Assembly: GCF_009914755.1 (NCBI RefSeq)
Contig: NC_060927.1
Source of the DNA: the human T2T-CHM13v2.0 reference genome, Homo sapiens
Reading direction: 5' to 3' (one strand)
Length of the DNA: 64,000 nucleotides
The position numbers and the translations under genes are program-made. Shown in pieces: positions 46,053 through 63,788 of the stretch. Position 1 is the first letter of the stretch. Every line of letters begins with the position of its first letter. The notes under the pieces are model-generated. The model ran no database searches. It was not told the origin of the DNA and was given only the letters and a program-made list of their open reading frames with translations.

Positions 46053-48410
46053 AAGGGATTCAAGATCCCATTGAAGAGGGGCATAATGAAAAGATATCTT
46101 TAAGGATGACTGCATACCTATAGGTGGTGGCTTAAAAGAGCAGTCTAATGTTGTTAACCAGTGTCTTAATTTCTACCATTTTCAAAGAGAATTTACTATG
46201 GACAGAATACGATGCTACGTGTTATGAAGGATCAGCAATGGGTAAGGCTTGCAAACTGATCTGGTAAAGAAAAAGACTTAAATTATATAAAGACTTAAAT
46301 AATAAAATAAAAGATAAATAATAGTTTATTAACATCTTCATTGTTAAGATACAGGATAAGAAATTGTTAATAATTATTATTTTGATTACTATATGTATAA
46401 GCAAGGCATAAGTAAAGTACGTTGTTTCATTTAGTCTGCTCAAAATAGCCTTCCAAGAGAAAGTTTTATTACACCCCTTGTAAAGTTGAGTAAACTGAGA
46501 CTGTAATATTTAAGGTTGTCCAAGGTCCCATTGCTTTTAAAAGGAGAACTGGAATTTGTATCCAAGTCTGTGATGTTAAAGACTAAACTTGGCCCTTTCA
46601 ATTCTTGGTTGCAGGAAGGAAGAAATGTCCCTTTGGTCCGGGATGATGGGGGCAGGCTTCACAGAGGATAAGGGTGACAGCTGAGTATGAAGGGAGGGTA
46701 GGAATGGAAGGGCTCTGGAAGGAAAAGAGTGGCTTCCAGATGGGGTAAGTGTCTGATTGAGAGTTGAGATGATTCAGTCGATTAAAATTCTCTTTTGCTT
46801 ACTTATGCCTGTTCCTAGTTGCATAACTTTCAAGGATGCTAGAATACCACCACCAAGGAAGAAATGTGGTCAAATAAAGAATGCCTTAAGTGCCAACGGA
46901 AAGACTGGTTTGGCCAGTGCTGACGTTTTCACGCATGCCCGCATGCACACATGAGGATGTAGGAACATTATGTGTAAGTTGTTTTCTGGGGAACAGCAGC
47001 TTTTTATTGTGACATTCAGTAATGTCCTTTCTAATGTTTGGAATTAAAATGACCCTTTCTCAAATGATGATGATAATAGTTAACACTTGAATAGTCTTAT
47101 TTAATAGCTTAATTAGGTTAGCAAGCATATGTTGTTGGCAAAAAATATTTTTTCCTATGATTGGTCCATGACTTCCACGGTCTGGAAAACATTCACGTGA
47201 TTGCTGCATGTTACTATCAGGGTATGTGTGAGGAACATCCTCTTCTGTTCTGCATAGGTAAGGGCTTTCCTTGTGAAAAGTGTTTGGCACTTCCAAGCTG
47301 GCTGCCTTATAAATGCCATGTTGAACCCAAATTGTTTGTACTGAGTGACCGTCCCTTTGCCAATGTCTGTTTCCAATATGGTATCTTTAGGATATAAGTG
47401 GAGAATAATCTCTTTATTTCACAAATAGGCCCCATCAGACAAGAGCTCGAGCTCCAGGTCCTTCTAGGGGTCTTCAGTGACCACAGAAGGAAAGAAAAGC
47501 TGAGTTGGTCAATGCCAATCTTTAGGAAAATTATTTCTAAAGGTGGCAAGAAGGGCCTAGTGTAAAATATGACATACTCTGCCTCTCTTTCCTTTGTTCA
47601 TTTTGTTGGATTTTAGCACAATATGTATATATATATTGGTGGAATATGAATGTGGGAGTAATCAGCAACAGAGAAGACTTGGGAACATGGTAGTTATCCC
47701 TTCAATTATCTGCTAGAGTAACATAGATGAGGCTTGCTCCAGGGGCACCCTAAGATTTGAACTAGGACTTAAGGATGAAAGTCACAAGTAGGTAAGGCTG
47801 AGGCCAAGTTAGTAACAGGAGCAACTCTGGCTAAGTCAGAGCTGTCAGCAATGGCCTGGGCTCCCTCATACCCATCTCTGACAGTGTTGGTACAAACAAC
47901 AGAAGGCAATGTCGAGAAAATCCCAGGGAAATAATTCTAACAATGGAGGAATGATGTGACTAAACACATGCTTTGGTTGGGTTTATTTGGATTGCAAGCA
48001 AAAGAAACTAATTCTGGCTAACTTAGCAAAAAGAGGAAGTGTTAGAGGGATACTTGAATAAACTGAGGAAAAGAAAAGAGCTAACAAGTGAGCTTTAGGA
48101 GGGTCAGTGAGAAAGTTGCTCCAGTACCCTCAGTAGCAGGAAATCCTAAACCCTTCTCCAGAAGACCTACTGTTTACAGAATAACTTTGTTACAACCTCC
48201 AGGCTTAATGGAAAAAGAGTAATGTTTGACCTTCCTGGAAAGAAAATCTGTTAGCCCCACCTAGGTCAATCAGTTATGGCCTGATTTCCCCATCACTAGA
48301 AACACACCCTAAATAATGGGATCACACCAAAAGAAAAAGGGACAGCTATGAGCTGAGGGTCATCCTAATTGGCAGCTCTCTAATGATCTTACAGCTAAGG
48401 GGTCTATTTC

Positions 48411-48590
48411 TATGGTGTGCTGGAGCTGGCTGCTAGCTAGCGAGAGTCAATTATGTGCATCTCCTTCCAACTGACAAGGGTCAGCCTGTACCTTGGCCAT
48501 GGTAGAAGTATTTACACGATGGAAATTGGCAATCACTACCAATCAGGGATTTTGTTTTTTCTATTGACCTGGTTTACCAGCGCTCTATTG
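48411..48590. mobile_element. MER63-like hAT MITE
   Basis: tggtgtgctggagctggct...gtatttacacgatggaaattggc...ggtttaccagc. Confidence 0.7.
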
Positions 48591-48669
48591 GCCTGTTTCA
48601 AGATAATTGAACAGTTTTGCCAAGACTGCTGAACAAGGGACAGGCCATAGAGCCTACAATAGGAAATAC

Positions 48670-48890
48670 ATAGCTAACACACACCAGCACATTTTCTGTG
48701 CCAAAGACTATACCATTCTAAGTCCTTTATGTGTACTAACTCATTTGAGCTGCACAACAATCTAATGAGGAAGGTGCCATTATGTTCCCATTTGACAGAT
48801 AAGAAAAGAGAGGCAGAAAGGAGTGAATTAACTTACTCAAGTTTACATGGCTAGTAGATGGCAAAGTAGAGATTCGAACCCGGGTATTCT
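48670..48890 (-). mobile_element. MIR SINE
   Basis: cccatttgacagataagaaa...gagattcgaacccggg. Confidence 0.7.
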
Positions 48891-49984
48891 ATAATTTTAT
48901 GTCTCAAAATAAAATAGATTATGTCTAGCATTGTTCTAAGTTGAGATACTCTTGACACAGAAAAAACAGATTCACTTTGAATCAAGTGAGAAGTTGGCTG
49001 AATTCCGATAAGAGGACCACCCCCTCAGTCACAATGCTGCCGTCAGTAAGAGCAGCCGACCGCAGCTCTACAACTGGTGCTCGGATGTTTATTTCATTTG
49101 ATTGTATATTTATTTCATTTCTAGGGATGCCCAAGGACTGAAGCCAAATCACAAAGTTGCTAACCAAGTCCATGGGGAAGAGAGAGACTCACAATGCACA
49201 CTGCTGGAACTCCCCAAGTGGGTGACAGCAATACTTCAGAACTCGGTGGGCAGAGCAGATCACATGGTTGCTCCTGGATGGGCTGTGATTTCTCAATTCC
49301 AGTGAGAAAGGGGAGAGAAGTCTGAACCTTCAACATACTTCCCCCCAATCCCACTGCCAATACTATAAGGCATAGAAAACAGAAAACAGGGGTAACATAG
49401 AAAGACAGTCATCCAATTTTATATATGTGCCTTTGACAAGTCACTTGACTTTACGTATCTTAGCTGTGGGAATCTATAAAATAAAAATGATATTACCTAC
49501 CCCCGAGGTCACTAAGAGGTTCACAGAAGATCCCCCACAGGAAAGCATCTGGAAAACTGCAAAACCCCACAGGAATGGTGGGCATTACTATCAGGGGCAT
49601 CCCTACTCACAAAGCTGTGGCCCCCTGGGACCCAAATGGTGATGGTGCAATTGGATTCATTTGAAACACTAGCTGGTATGGACACACCATGTGCTAGGCA
49701 CTGCTTCTATTGACTAAGCCAAACTCATCAAGTTGGTGTAAAATCACCAGTCCGAATGGCTAATGGGAATTTCACTGGGGCAAACATAAATTCACGAACG
49801 GAAAACGACTATCTGGAGGAGGCACAAAAGAGTTTTCCTTTTCCAGTGGTTCATTGAGAGATCTGACAATAATCCATTGGCAAGAAAGAGAATGGCTGCT
49901 TCTAAATAAACTTAAACAATGATCAGTTTTTCTAAATGCACCAAACTTGCAATTAATATTTGTTGAATCAATGAATGGGATTCC

Positions 49985-50180
49985 ACAAATCTGGGTTTAA
50001 ATTCTGGTTCTGCACCACTGCCATTGGTGTGATTTTGGGAAAGCTAATTAACTCTTTGAATCTCAGTTTCTTCATCTGTAAAATGAGAATCCTAATACAC
50101 TTATGAGGTATTATATAAGATAAATATGTAAACCATTTAGCACATTTAGTTGGTTGTATAACAAGCAGTTATTATTATTA
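49985..50180 (+). mobile_element. MIR SINE
   Basis: ctgggtttaaattctggttctgc...ctcagtttcttcatctgtaaaatgag. Confidence 0.75.
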
Positions 50181-50666
50181 TAAATGCAAGCTATAGTTAT
50201 TTTTTACCATTACTATGAGTGTGGTTCATTAAGTTATTATCGGCTACAAGATAAATATGTTCAAATCACCGATCTCTACAGATAAGAAAACTATTTTTTT
50301 TTTGAGAAAACTATTTAAAAAACCAGGAGAGAAAATATTTTATTTTCTGTTTTCTGTACTTTTATCTACAGATTCAATACATTTCTAGTGTTTACCATGG
50401 TATCACAATTCCACTGCCACAGGCTTAAGCAAATGTAAATTGGAGAGGGAAAATTAATTTTTCAGATAAATGCAAAAAGAACTGCATTATAAAAATGACA
50501 GTGTAACTAAGACATTTCTACTCTAGATTTTGGCTTCCTTTTCTTTAATCACCTAGCAGGATTCTTTTGGATATCCAAACTCAATATTTCAACGGCTCTT
50601 CAGAGCCAAAAAGCTTTCTGCAAAGGATTAAAGAAGTAGCAAAATGTCATTATAAATATGAATTTA

Positions 50667-51574
50667 GGAAGGGAGGAGCCAAGATGGCCGAATAGGAACA
50701 GCTCCGGTCTACAGCTCCCAGCGTGAGCGACGCAGAAGACGGTGATTTCTGCATTTCCATCTGAGGTACCGGGTTCATCTCACTAGGGAGTGCCAGACAG
50801 TGGGCGCAGGCCAGTGTGTGTGCGCACCGTGCGCGAGCCGAAGCAGGGCGAGGCATTGCCTCACCTGGGAAGCGCAAGGGGTCAGGGAGTTCCCTTTCCG
50901 AGTCAAAGAAAGGGGTGACGGACGCACCTGGAAAATCGGGTCACTCCCACCCGAATATTGCGCTTTTCAGACCGGCTTAAGAAACGGCGCACCACGAGAC
51001 TATATCCCACACCTGGCTCGGAGGGTCCTACGCCCACGGAATCTCGCTGATTGCTAGCACAGCAGTCTGAGATCAAACTGCAAGGCGGCAACGAGGCTGG
51101 GGGAGGGGCGCCCGCCATTGCCCAGGCTTGCTTAGGTAAACAAAGCAGCCGGGAAGCTCGAACTGGGTGGAGCCCACCACAGCTCAAGGAGGCCTGCCTG
51201 CCTCTGTAGGCTCCACCTCTGGGGGCAGGGCACAGACAAACAAAAAGACAGCAGTAACCTCTGCAGACTTAAGTGTCCCTGTCTGACAGCTTTGAAGAGA
51301 GCAGTGGTTCTCCCAGCACGCAGCTGGAGATCTGAGAACGGGCAGACTGCCTCCTCAAGTGGGTCCCTGACTCCTGACCCCCGAGCAGCCTAACTGGGAG
51401 GCACCCCCCAGCAGGGGCACACTGACACCTCACACGGCAGGGTATTCCAACAGACCTGCAGCTGAGGGTCCTGTCTGTTAAGAAGGAAAACTAACAACCA
51501 GAAAGGACATCTACACCGAAAACCCATCTGTACATCACCATCATCAAAGACCAAAAGTAGATAAAACCACAAAG
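50667..51574. promoter_or_regulatory. L1 5' UTR: internal sense promoter, antisense promoter (ASP) and CpG island
   Basis: Intact YY1 site AAGATGGCC at 50681-50689; dense CpGs at about 50690-51160; SOX-type AACAAA sites near 51139 and 51239. The ASP in this region is established for L1HS. Confidence 0.9.
50903..51118 (-). CDS. ORF0: LINE-1 ORF0, 71-aa antisense ORF in the 5' UTR, with two splice donors
   Basis: ATG at 51118-51116; MAGAPPPASLPPCSLISDCC...RFSRCVRHPFL*. Donors are CCAG|GTGTGG after ORF0 nt 106 (exon end 51013) and CCAG|GTGCGT after nt 191 (exon end 50928). Confidence 0.9.
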   Translation of the reverse strand: MAGAPPPASLPPCSLISDCCASNQRDSVGVGPSEPGVGYSLVVRRFLSRSEKRNIRVGVTRFSRCVRHPFL

Positions 51575-52591
51575 ATGGGGAAAAAACAGAACAGAAAAAC
51601 TGGAAACTCTAAAACGCAGAGCGCCTCTCCTCCTCCAAAGGAACGCAGTTCCTCACCAGCAACAGAACAAAGCTGGATGGAGAATGATTTTGACGAGCTG
51701 AGAGAAGAAGGCTTCAGACGATCAAATTACTCTGAGCTACGGGAGGACATTCAAACCAAAGGCAAAGAAGTTGAAAACTTTGAAAAAAATTTAGAAGAAT
51801 GTATAACTAGAATAACCAATACAGAGAAGTGCTTAAAGGAGCTGATGGAGCTGAAAACCAAGGCTCGAGAACTACGTGAAGAATGCAGAAGCCTCAGGAG
51901 CCGATGCGATCAACTGGAAGAAAGGGTATCAGCAATGGAAGATGAAATGAATGAAATGAAGCGAGAAGGGAAGTTTAGAGAAAAAAGAATAAAAAGAAAT
52001 GAGCAAAGCCTCCAAGAAATATGGGACTATGTGAAAAGACCAAATCTACGTCTGATTGGTGTACCTGAAAGTGATGTGGAGAATGGAACCAAGTTGGAAA
52101 ACACTCTGCAGGATATTATCCAGGAGAACTTCCCCAATCTAGCAAGGCAGGCCAACGTTCAGATTCAGGAAATACAGAGAACACCACAAAGATACTCCTC
52201 GAGAAGAGCAACTCCAAGACACATAATTGTCAGATTCACCAAAGTTGAAATGAAGGAAAAAATGTTAAGGGCAGCCAGAGAGAAAGGTCGGGTTACCCTC
52301 AAAGGAAAGCCCATCAGACTAACAGCGGATCTCTCGGCAGAAACCCTACAAGCCAGAAGAGAGTGGGGGCCAATATTCAACATTCTTAAAGAAAAGAATT
52401 TTCAACCCAGAATTTCATATCCAGCCAAACTAAGCTTCATAAGTGAAGGAGAAATAAAATACTTTATAGACAAGCAAATGTTGAGAGATTTTGTCACCAC
52501 CAGGCCTGCCCTAAAAGAGCTCCTGAAGGAAGCGCTAAACATGGAAAGGAACAACCGGTACCAGCCGCTGCAAAATCATGCCAAAATGTAA
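51575..52591 (+). CDS. ORF1: LINE-1 ORF1p (RNA-binding protein / nucleic acid chaperone), 338 aa
   Basis: Uninterrupted ORF MGKKQNRKTGNSKTQ...QNHAKM with coiled coil, REKG, ARR (R261/R262) and YPAKLS motifs intact. Confidence 0.99.
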   Translation: MGKKQNRKTGNSKTQSASPPPKERSSSPATEQSWMENDFDELREEGFRRSNYSELREDIQTKGKEVENFEKNLEECITRITNTEKCLKELMELKTKARELREECRSLRSRCDQLEERVSAMEDEMNEMKREGKFREKRIKRNEQSLQEIWDYVKRPNLRLIGVPESDVENGTKLENTLQDIIQENFPNLARQANVQIQEIQRTPQRYSSRRATPRHIIVRFTKVEMKEKMLRAAREKGRVTLKGKPIRLTADLSAETLQARREWGPIFNILKEKNFQPRISYPAKLSFISEGEIKYFIDKQMLRDFVTTRPALKELLKEALNMERNNRYQPLQNHAKM

Positions 52592-52630
52592 AGACCATCG
52601 AGACTAGGAAGAAACTGCATCAACTAATGA

Positions 52631-56482
<3,852 letters not shown>

Positions 56483-56684
56483 ACAATGAGATCACATGGA
56501 CACAGGAAGGGGAATATCACACTCTGGGGACTGTGGTGGGGTCGGGGGAGGGGGGAGGGATAGCATTGGGAGATATACCTAATGCTAGATGACACGTTAG
56601 TGGGTGCAGCGCACCAGCATGGCACATGTATACATATGTAACTAACCTGCACAATGTGCACATGTACCCTAAAACTTAGAGTAT

Positions 56685-56731
56685 AATAAAAATAAATAAA
56701 TAAATAAATAAATAAAAAAAAAAAAAAAAAA
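56685..56731 (+). terminator. L1 poly(A) signal and patterned (TAAA)n + poly(A) tail
   Basis: AATAAA at 56685-56690, followed by aataaataaataaataaataaat and then pure A up to the 3' TSD. Confidence 0.9.
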
Positions 56732-59700
56732 AAATATGAATTTAATTTGCTTGAGAAAAAAACCCTGCGTGGCTATGACAGTTATCCATTCTTACATAAA
56801 AAAAAAAATTTAAATCTCACAAGAGTAATAGAAAAATATCAATGAACTGCTATGATCAAATAAATGAAAGTCCTATCAATTTATTTGTAGTTTCTCTTTG
56901 AACTACAAATAACAGATGCTAAATATCTTCCTTTGTCCATTAAAGAAGTCTGAGATTCTTAGGTTTTTCTATCCTAAACAGCGCAACATGAGCCATGACA
57001 ATTCTTCACTGAAACTGAATTAATTTAGCTTTTAGCTTAAAAAAGCTAAAGTATCTATAACCCATAAGCTGTACTAATATAGCAAAATAACTGTATTGTA
57101 TTCTTAAGTGACAGCTGCATTCTTTAGGTCATTCCTTAGTTAAACAAAAGTGGAGGTGGGGAAGGAGACACAGTAATTGTCCTGATATGGAGGCACAAAT
57201 TAATCTCCATTTTTATACTTAAAAAGTAATTATAAATAAAATGCTCACAGTCCTAGTGATTGGCTATTCATCTTCTTTTTTTTTTTTCATCTTAGCCATT
57301 TCCTCAAAGATCCATCTGCACTTCATTTATTTATTTCCCCCATAAAGAGGGATTATAACTCTCTTATCCCAAATTTGAAATACTGGTTTGTCTGTAAATA
57401 TGGAAGCCTAGAAGAAACCACAGTAATTGGTGCTTTTAGCTGCCCACTTAATCTTGCTTAAGTTACCAGCATTCACGATGAGGAATGACCGAGAGGCACA
57501 GGTTGAGTAACTACCAGGATGGCAAATGCAGGGGATGAGGTTAATAAAGATTATTGTCAGGAACCTCAGTGATACTCCAAAGCATGAGAACCAACAAATC
57601 ACAAATTAAGAGCACTTGCTAACTAGAAGCAAGGTGACAGCCAACTGCGGTAGTTAAGGCATTATTGCTTCTGTAAACGCTAAGCTCAAGTATAAAGTAG
57701 ACATGTAATCTTCAACTCCCCGAACACCCCAATTTGGCCACTAAAGATGCTGTTTTACATTTCCAAACATTTTCCCCTGTCACTACTTTTTATACTTCAG
57801 TTCTCAGGTTGTAAGTATTTGTTACTTGCAAAGCAGCCCCCTTTGAACACTGAATCATGGGAGGCATTTGTAACTAACTGCCAATGCCGCCTGCCAAACA
57901 AAAACTCCCTGCTGGTGACATGACCACCTAGTGACCTCTAAAAATGTTGTAACAATGTGAAAAATAGCTCCCTCTTGTAGGAAACAGCAATTTTTTAAAT
58001 TAAACGTACATCGAACGTTCGCTTATATACAGATAAATGGTGTTCAGAGTCACCTTCTCTGTTTCCAATTTCAATCTTTTGAAACCCAGCCCAAACCTAA
58101 ATAAATAAATGTTGATACTAAGAAGAAACTAAGAGCTCAAGAGCCTTGTGATTTTGCAAACAGCTTTTTTCCATTTTCGAAAATCTAAACTCCGGGCCAG
58201 ACACAGAACAGGTAATGAAAAGGAACAGGCTTGGCAGTCCCTCTGTGGTTCTAAGCTGAAAAATACGTCAGGCAGAAATAAGTGGCTATAATTTGGCAGG
58301 CTTAATGTCTTCAAAAGTTTGCAGCTTGCTAGAGAAAAAAAAATTTAAAACAGTTATAACATTTACAAATTGAAACACAGTCACGAAGCTAAAAAGCCAG
58401 ATGAACATAATTTAATTATCCTCAGAGTTTTAAACATACTTTTATCATCTTCAGGTGTTTTTGTACCTACATAATAGAAGGCGCTGATAATTATTAAAAC
58501 TGGGGGTACCAGGAAACTTTTTGATGCTAACATGATCTTAGGTGACTGTAATACTGATGAACTTAGTCTATGCCCTTGACATCAAAATATTCTTGGTCTC
58601 ACTTTAAAAGGTGCAATGGAGCTTCCCATATGTGCCCCATGGGACACAAGGAATGGGAAATTGGACATGACAGTAAGTATTTTTGAGGCTGTGGATCACT
58701 GTTTTTCCGGTTAGTTTATCTTTCTAAAATTTCAAAATTAAAAATCTCAGAGCAACAGAAGTATGACATGTCAAAGGCTGTTTGACTCTAATGTGTCTCT
58801 TGTTCATCCTGACATCTTCTGATGAATTATTTCCAAACACTGGCCCAAGCCATGAAAAATCAAATCAGCTTGAAAACAAAGGGGCACCAACAACTGTCTG
58901 TTTCTAAGCCATTAAAATGCCTGGAAGATCACTCTTTTTAGAAAGAATAGTCAGTCCTTTTTACCTCCTTAAATCTTTCTCGCCTACCACCCCATCCCCT
59001 TCCTCTGTACCCAAGACAAAGAAAACCACCTTAAGAGTTCCCTCCCTCAAAGAGGGAGAAAGGAAACGTACATGCTTTTATCTCTGATTTTAAAAAATGA
59101 ATAAGATGCAAAGAAGAAAAAAAAAGTATACCCAAATCCACGTTAAAATATGCTTCTACCTTTTCAAATTTTAGCTTAAACCCACTTTGCTAATATGCTG
59201 ATATACCAAATTCAATATGCTTTTGGTGAAAACACTCCATGCTGAACTAAAAACTTCTCCCTGAACTAAAAACTACTCCCCTTGAAACTATGGTGTATGT
59301 GGGTATTCAGAAAAGAACACAGAACACCACATCATATTAGTGTATAGGCATGGTAAATTATTGTTATTTCCGGCCAAGGAGAGCTTCTCTGTTTTGTGAC
59401 ATTCCCCAGCTTTAATGAGCAACTCTGTAATATGTAAGTTGTTCTGGAAGACTTAACATTTACAAAAAACACAGCACGATATTACTTAGCATAATGTAAG
59501 TTTGGAATTTTAAAGAAATCTGAGAACTGGAAAAGGATGTCCCTTCCACACTGGTCTCTCTATCTCAAATTTTTAGGTGAGGAGGTGAGTATTGGCAATA
59601 TGATTTGATCAGTGCTAAATCCAAATTTATGTAATAAATCATTATAATAAAATTATACTAGGTGGACCCCTGTGAAACTGCCAGTGTCTGGGTATGTTCA

Positions 59701-61651
59701 ACCCATAAAAATGACAATATCATAAGATTCAGCTTAATAACACAGTGCCTTACTTTCTTAATCTACTAAATAATTCTAATAATAATTATTTCACAGGATT
59801 GCTGTGAGAAATCAATGAGATACTATATATAAAGAGCTTAACACAGTGCTTGACACATGGTAAGCATTCAGTAAATTAATGGAGTAGGAAAAGGAGGAGT
59901 TATAAACCTATAAATATTGTTCACTTTGAACATCCTAATAATTTAGGTTATTACCACTTACATAAACATAAATTATTTATCAATAGCTTACAATTTAAGA
60001 AATGTAATCAAAATTCTTAGTGAGTATTAACTGTTTTCACTCTTAGATCATTAAAAGTCAATTGTATTTGAGGCTCAGATAATATTCCTCTTGGAAAAAA
60101 AATTCTATCAAATCAAGATAAATATCATATATATATATACATTTATACCTCTGAGTTCTTATTTTTTGTATTCAAATAACGATAGAGCCCATTTTTTCAT
60201 CTGGAGAGAATTACATCTGATGACTATCAGAGTGACTGAAATATTAATGACTTAAAAAAAATTCACAGCTATCCAATATTTCCCAGCAATTTTGTGAATT
60301 GTGCCAGGTGATTCCAATAATCTGCTATTCTCCCCAAAAATAACATGGATTGTTCTAAGTCCATGAAGAAGAGGCAGAGCTCATATTTCATCTAAAAATC
60401 TTTTGTGCAAAAAGCTGTATCTACGAAATTATTAATTTCCAAAGGATGGAGGGACTGGAACCTGTGACTGAGGTAGTCTAGGACTCTGAAATGGGCTAAG
60501 CCGAATCATGAGACTTGGGTTCCCCAACTCCAAACTATGCACACCACAGCCACCCCACTCATACTGAGGAAGATCCCCCAAACTCTGCCTCTTCTCATTT
60601 CACGCTTTTCCAGAAGTTCATCCTTCTCAGAACCACTTCTTCTCTGACGGGTATCACCAAAGGTGAGGGGCAGACCAATGAGGAGGAGGGCTTGCTGCCA
60701 TCCTGCAGAGCCTCCCAGTGGCCCTATCTTTGGCAGTGTTCTAACTTTTACAGATGCCTGTCCCCATTTGACAACTTTCTAACTTAGATTTCCTTGTCTC
60801 CTAGGACATCGCTAGCCTACACGCCAAGGGCTGGCGTTCAGACAAGGTGGGTCATATCTGTAGCCAAAAAAATCCAGCCATTTAATATAAGGAAGTGTGG
60901 ATATGGGATCTTTCCCCTCTTCTTATTACACATTAAAAGCCAAACCAACTCCCTGCAAAAAGCTCAAACTGCGTAACGTTTTCCAAGAAGGTTATGGTGG
61001 GTTTATGTCAATGAAGGTGAATGGATCAAATACACTCTTCAGTAAGATCTCTACCAACAAATAAGGCTTAAGCATATTAAAAGAGAGTCCATTTTGGGAA
61101 TTCAAAACACTTGGATTGCTAAGGTGAGGGTTAACCGCTAAATTCCACCAGATAAGGTGGTTTTTCCTTTTTCTTTTTAGATTACAGACTCTGACTAATT
61201 CTTGATATTTTTAGTTCTTTGCAGAGGAATTTTAATTTGGGATAAATTTTTACTCCTTGACAATTAAGCCAAACTTCAGAAGCAACTCTGTTTTATGACA
61301 TTTCAGCCTCCCCCAGTTTACCTATCTGTAAAATTCCTCCTTTTGTACCAATCCAACAGAGCATAAATTAAAGCACATTGCAAATGGTATTCTAAAGGAA
61401 ACAGACAATCCCTGAATTGGTGTATTGCTGTGCATTTCTTCTTGTCATTTTGAAAATTACAATCATCTTACAATTTTAAAAAACAGCTTTCTAGATTCTT
61501 CGCAAATACAATAATATGACTGCTCCACAGTTCACTTAAATCACTCGGGTTTCACTTCATCTTCTCCACATTTGCACAGGAAGAAGTGTTCGCTATTGTC
61601 TCCTCCCCCTCTCTGGGAGTCAGACCAGCTGGGACGTTTTAAGTCTCTTTC

Positions 61652-61684
<33 letters not shown>

Positions 61685-63386
61685 TTAAGGTCAAAATAAG
61701 TATGATAAACATGGTAGTTTCCATTCTCAATATTCAAGGACGAAAGACTAAACAACAACAAAAAAATGTAACATTAAAATTCACTGAAGTATGATGAAGA
61801 TTGTTTTTTTCTTCCCTTGCAACATAATCATGGAGGAAAAAAGGGTTTTGGAAAACAGCAGGTTTTACCTTTAGTAAATCTAGTCTTTCAAATGAGTCCA
61901 GTAGTTAATTTTACAGCTGCACATTCCTTAAATTTATATGTTTCCAATTATCTGAATGACTGACACTTTCAAGTTTTATGGTTGATTTTGAAGAGCAGGG
62001 CACTTAAACTTACATGAAGTAGATTTTTACACACATGAGTAATTAAATTGTGCTTAACGAGCTCTTCTTTGTACTTGTGAAGTTTTAGCATTTTGGTTGA
62101 AGTTTCCTTAAAAGTTAGTAAATTCCAACACTGGACTTTTCATAATACACACTTTGCTATTGGGCTTAACCTTTTTTACTTACAGAGTGTCAGCACCCCT
62201 CCGTGACATAAACCCCCTACCAAACAGTAGCCAGTGTCAAGGTTATCACATGAAAACAGACCGTAGGTTTCAGTCTCGTACTTTTCTAATGGCTGAAAAA
62301 GGCAAATTCACAGCACGGACAGAGTAACACATTGACATCAAAGAACCTGTAATATCACAGGTAAATTAATGTGCTTCCCACTGCCTATAGTCAAGGAGCA
62401 AACTGGATTCTTCAGAAACACATTCTGAAGCCATTTTATCTTCCCATCCCCTTCTTCCTTAAATGTAATCGTCTACTGTCTGTAATGTAAGCAAATACTT
62501 TAGTGAGGTTGTGAAAAATTGATTAGGAGCACCTTGAAGACCCTACCTCTGTGATATTTTTTTTTGTAATAGTTACATGGGTCAGCTCTTTGATATTTGC
62601 TGCATATAGAGGCAGAAGTATTCCTTCACTTTAGTTCAGAAACACTTGAAATAGACTAAGTAGTAAAAATTAGTTACATATTCCAGTTGCTGTTTAATGC
62701 ATTATTAAAGAATTTTCACATATACATTGGTGAGAAAGATGGGTGAACTATAATGTACAATTAATATGTTGCTTTGCCAAGAGATGACTGGATCACAACA
62801 GTAGAGAAAGTCAGAAGATCACCCTGAGGACATCCCAACTAAATGCTCACTTATCACTGAATCTGGCTTTCCACGGGGTGTCTCTGCTAGTCTGCATGGA
62901 GGTGGTTCAGTGCACGTGAACACGCCATGTACAAATAACGCTCAGATAAAATAATCCAGAAATAATATACTTTTTGACACATATAATAAGCATATGGAGT
63001 CAGTTAACCAAGAAATGAAATACGGCAAATGTTAGTGGGTCAGGGGTGCCTTGATTTGTTTCTAGAATAGGAGAGCCTAAAGGGCATGACATAAACCTGT
63101 GGAAAAAGAAAATGGTAAGATGCAAATCTCCCTCTGAAAAGAGTAGGTGGGCCCAGGGTAGATTGGGATGTGCCAAATGAAGACACAGAGATGTCCTCTT
63201 AAGCATCACCACTTGTTCATTCTGTGATGCAGAGCCTGTGTCAACATTAAGACAGATGCTTTGAGGATCAAATAATACAATGCATTGACACTGATAATAC
63301 AAACGAAAGGAGAGTGGCTGCCGTTATGATGTTTAGTCTTATTCCTTGCTATTCCTACCATCATCATTGTTATTACTACTGGAGCT

Positions 63387-63785
63387 CAGGTCCCAGCAAA
63401 CTTTCTATAAAAGGCCAGAGAGTAAACATTTTAAGCTTTACATGTACAGTTGTTTCATTTATGCAAATAAAAATACAGGAGTTCAGTTACATTTCAATTT
63501 CAGATAAACAGTAAATATTTTCTTTTAATACAAGTGTGTCCTGCTCAATATTTGAGATGTGCTTATACTAAAAATGTATTCGCTGTTTATCTGGTTTTTT
63601 TTTTTCTTAGTTTTATCTCAGGCTTTCCATGTGTTATCTGGCAACCCTATTTATAGGCCATGGGTTTTCTGTTGCAGCTACTTGACTCCGCTGTTGTAGC
63701 GTGAAAGCAGCCATGACAGCACATAAACAAATGCATGTGGCTGTGTCCTAATGAAACTTTATTTACAAAAACAGATGACAGATGA
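63387..63785. mobile_element. MER58A hAT MITE interrupted by MER53
   Basis: cagcaaactttctataaaaggccagagagtaaacatttt...[MER53]...gtggctgtgtcctaatgaaactttatttacaaaaacag. Confidence 0.75.
63445..63649. mobile_element. MER53 palindromic MITE
   Basis: gcaaataaaaatacagg...tttcagataaaca...tgtttatctg...atctggcaacccta; degenerate 8-bp TSD tttacatg/tttatagg. Confidence 0.75.
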
Positions 63786-63788
63786 GGT

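Noticed and set aside
56691-56731. 3' transduction carried by this L1
   Set aside because: Only (TAAA)n and poly(A) lie between the 3' UTR and the TSD; no unique transduced sequence.
61655-61682. A28 run as the tail of a retrocopy
   Set aside because: No recognisable element body or convincing TSD.
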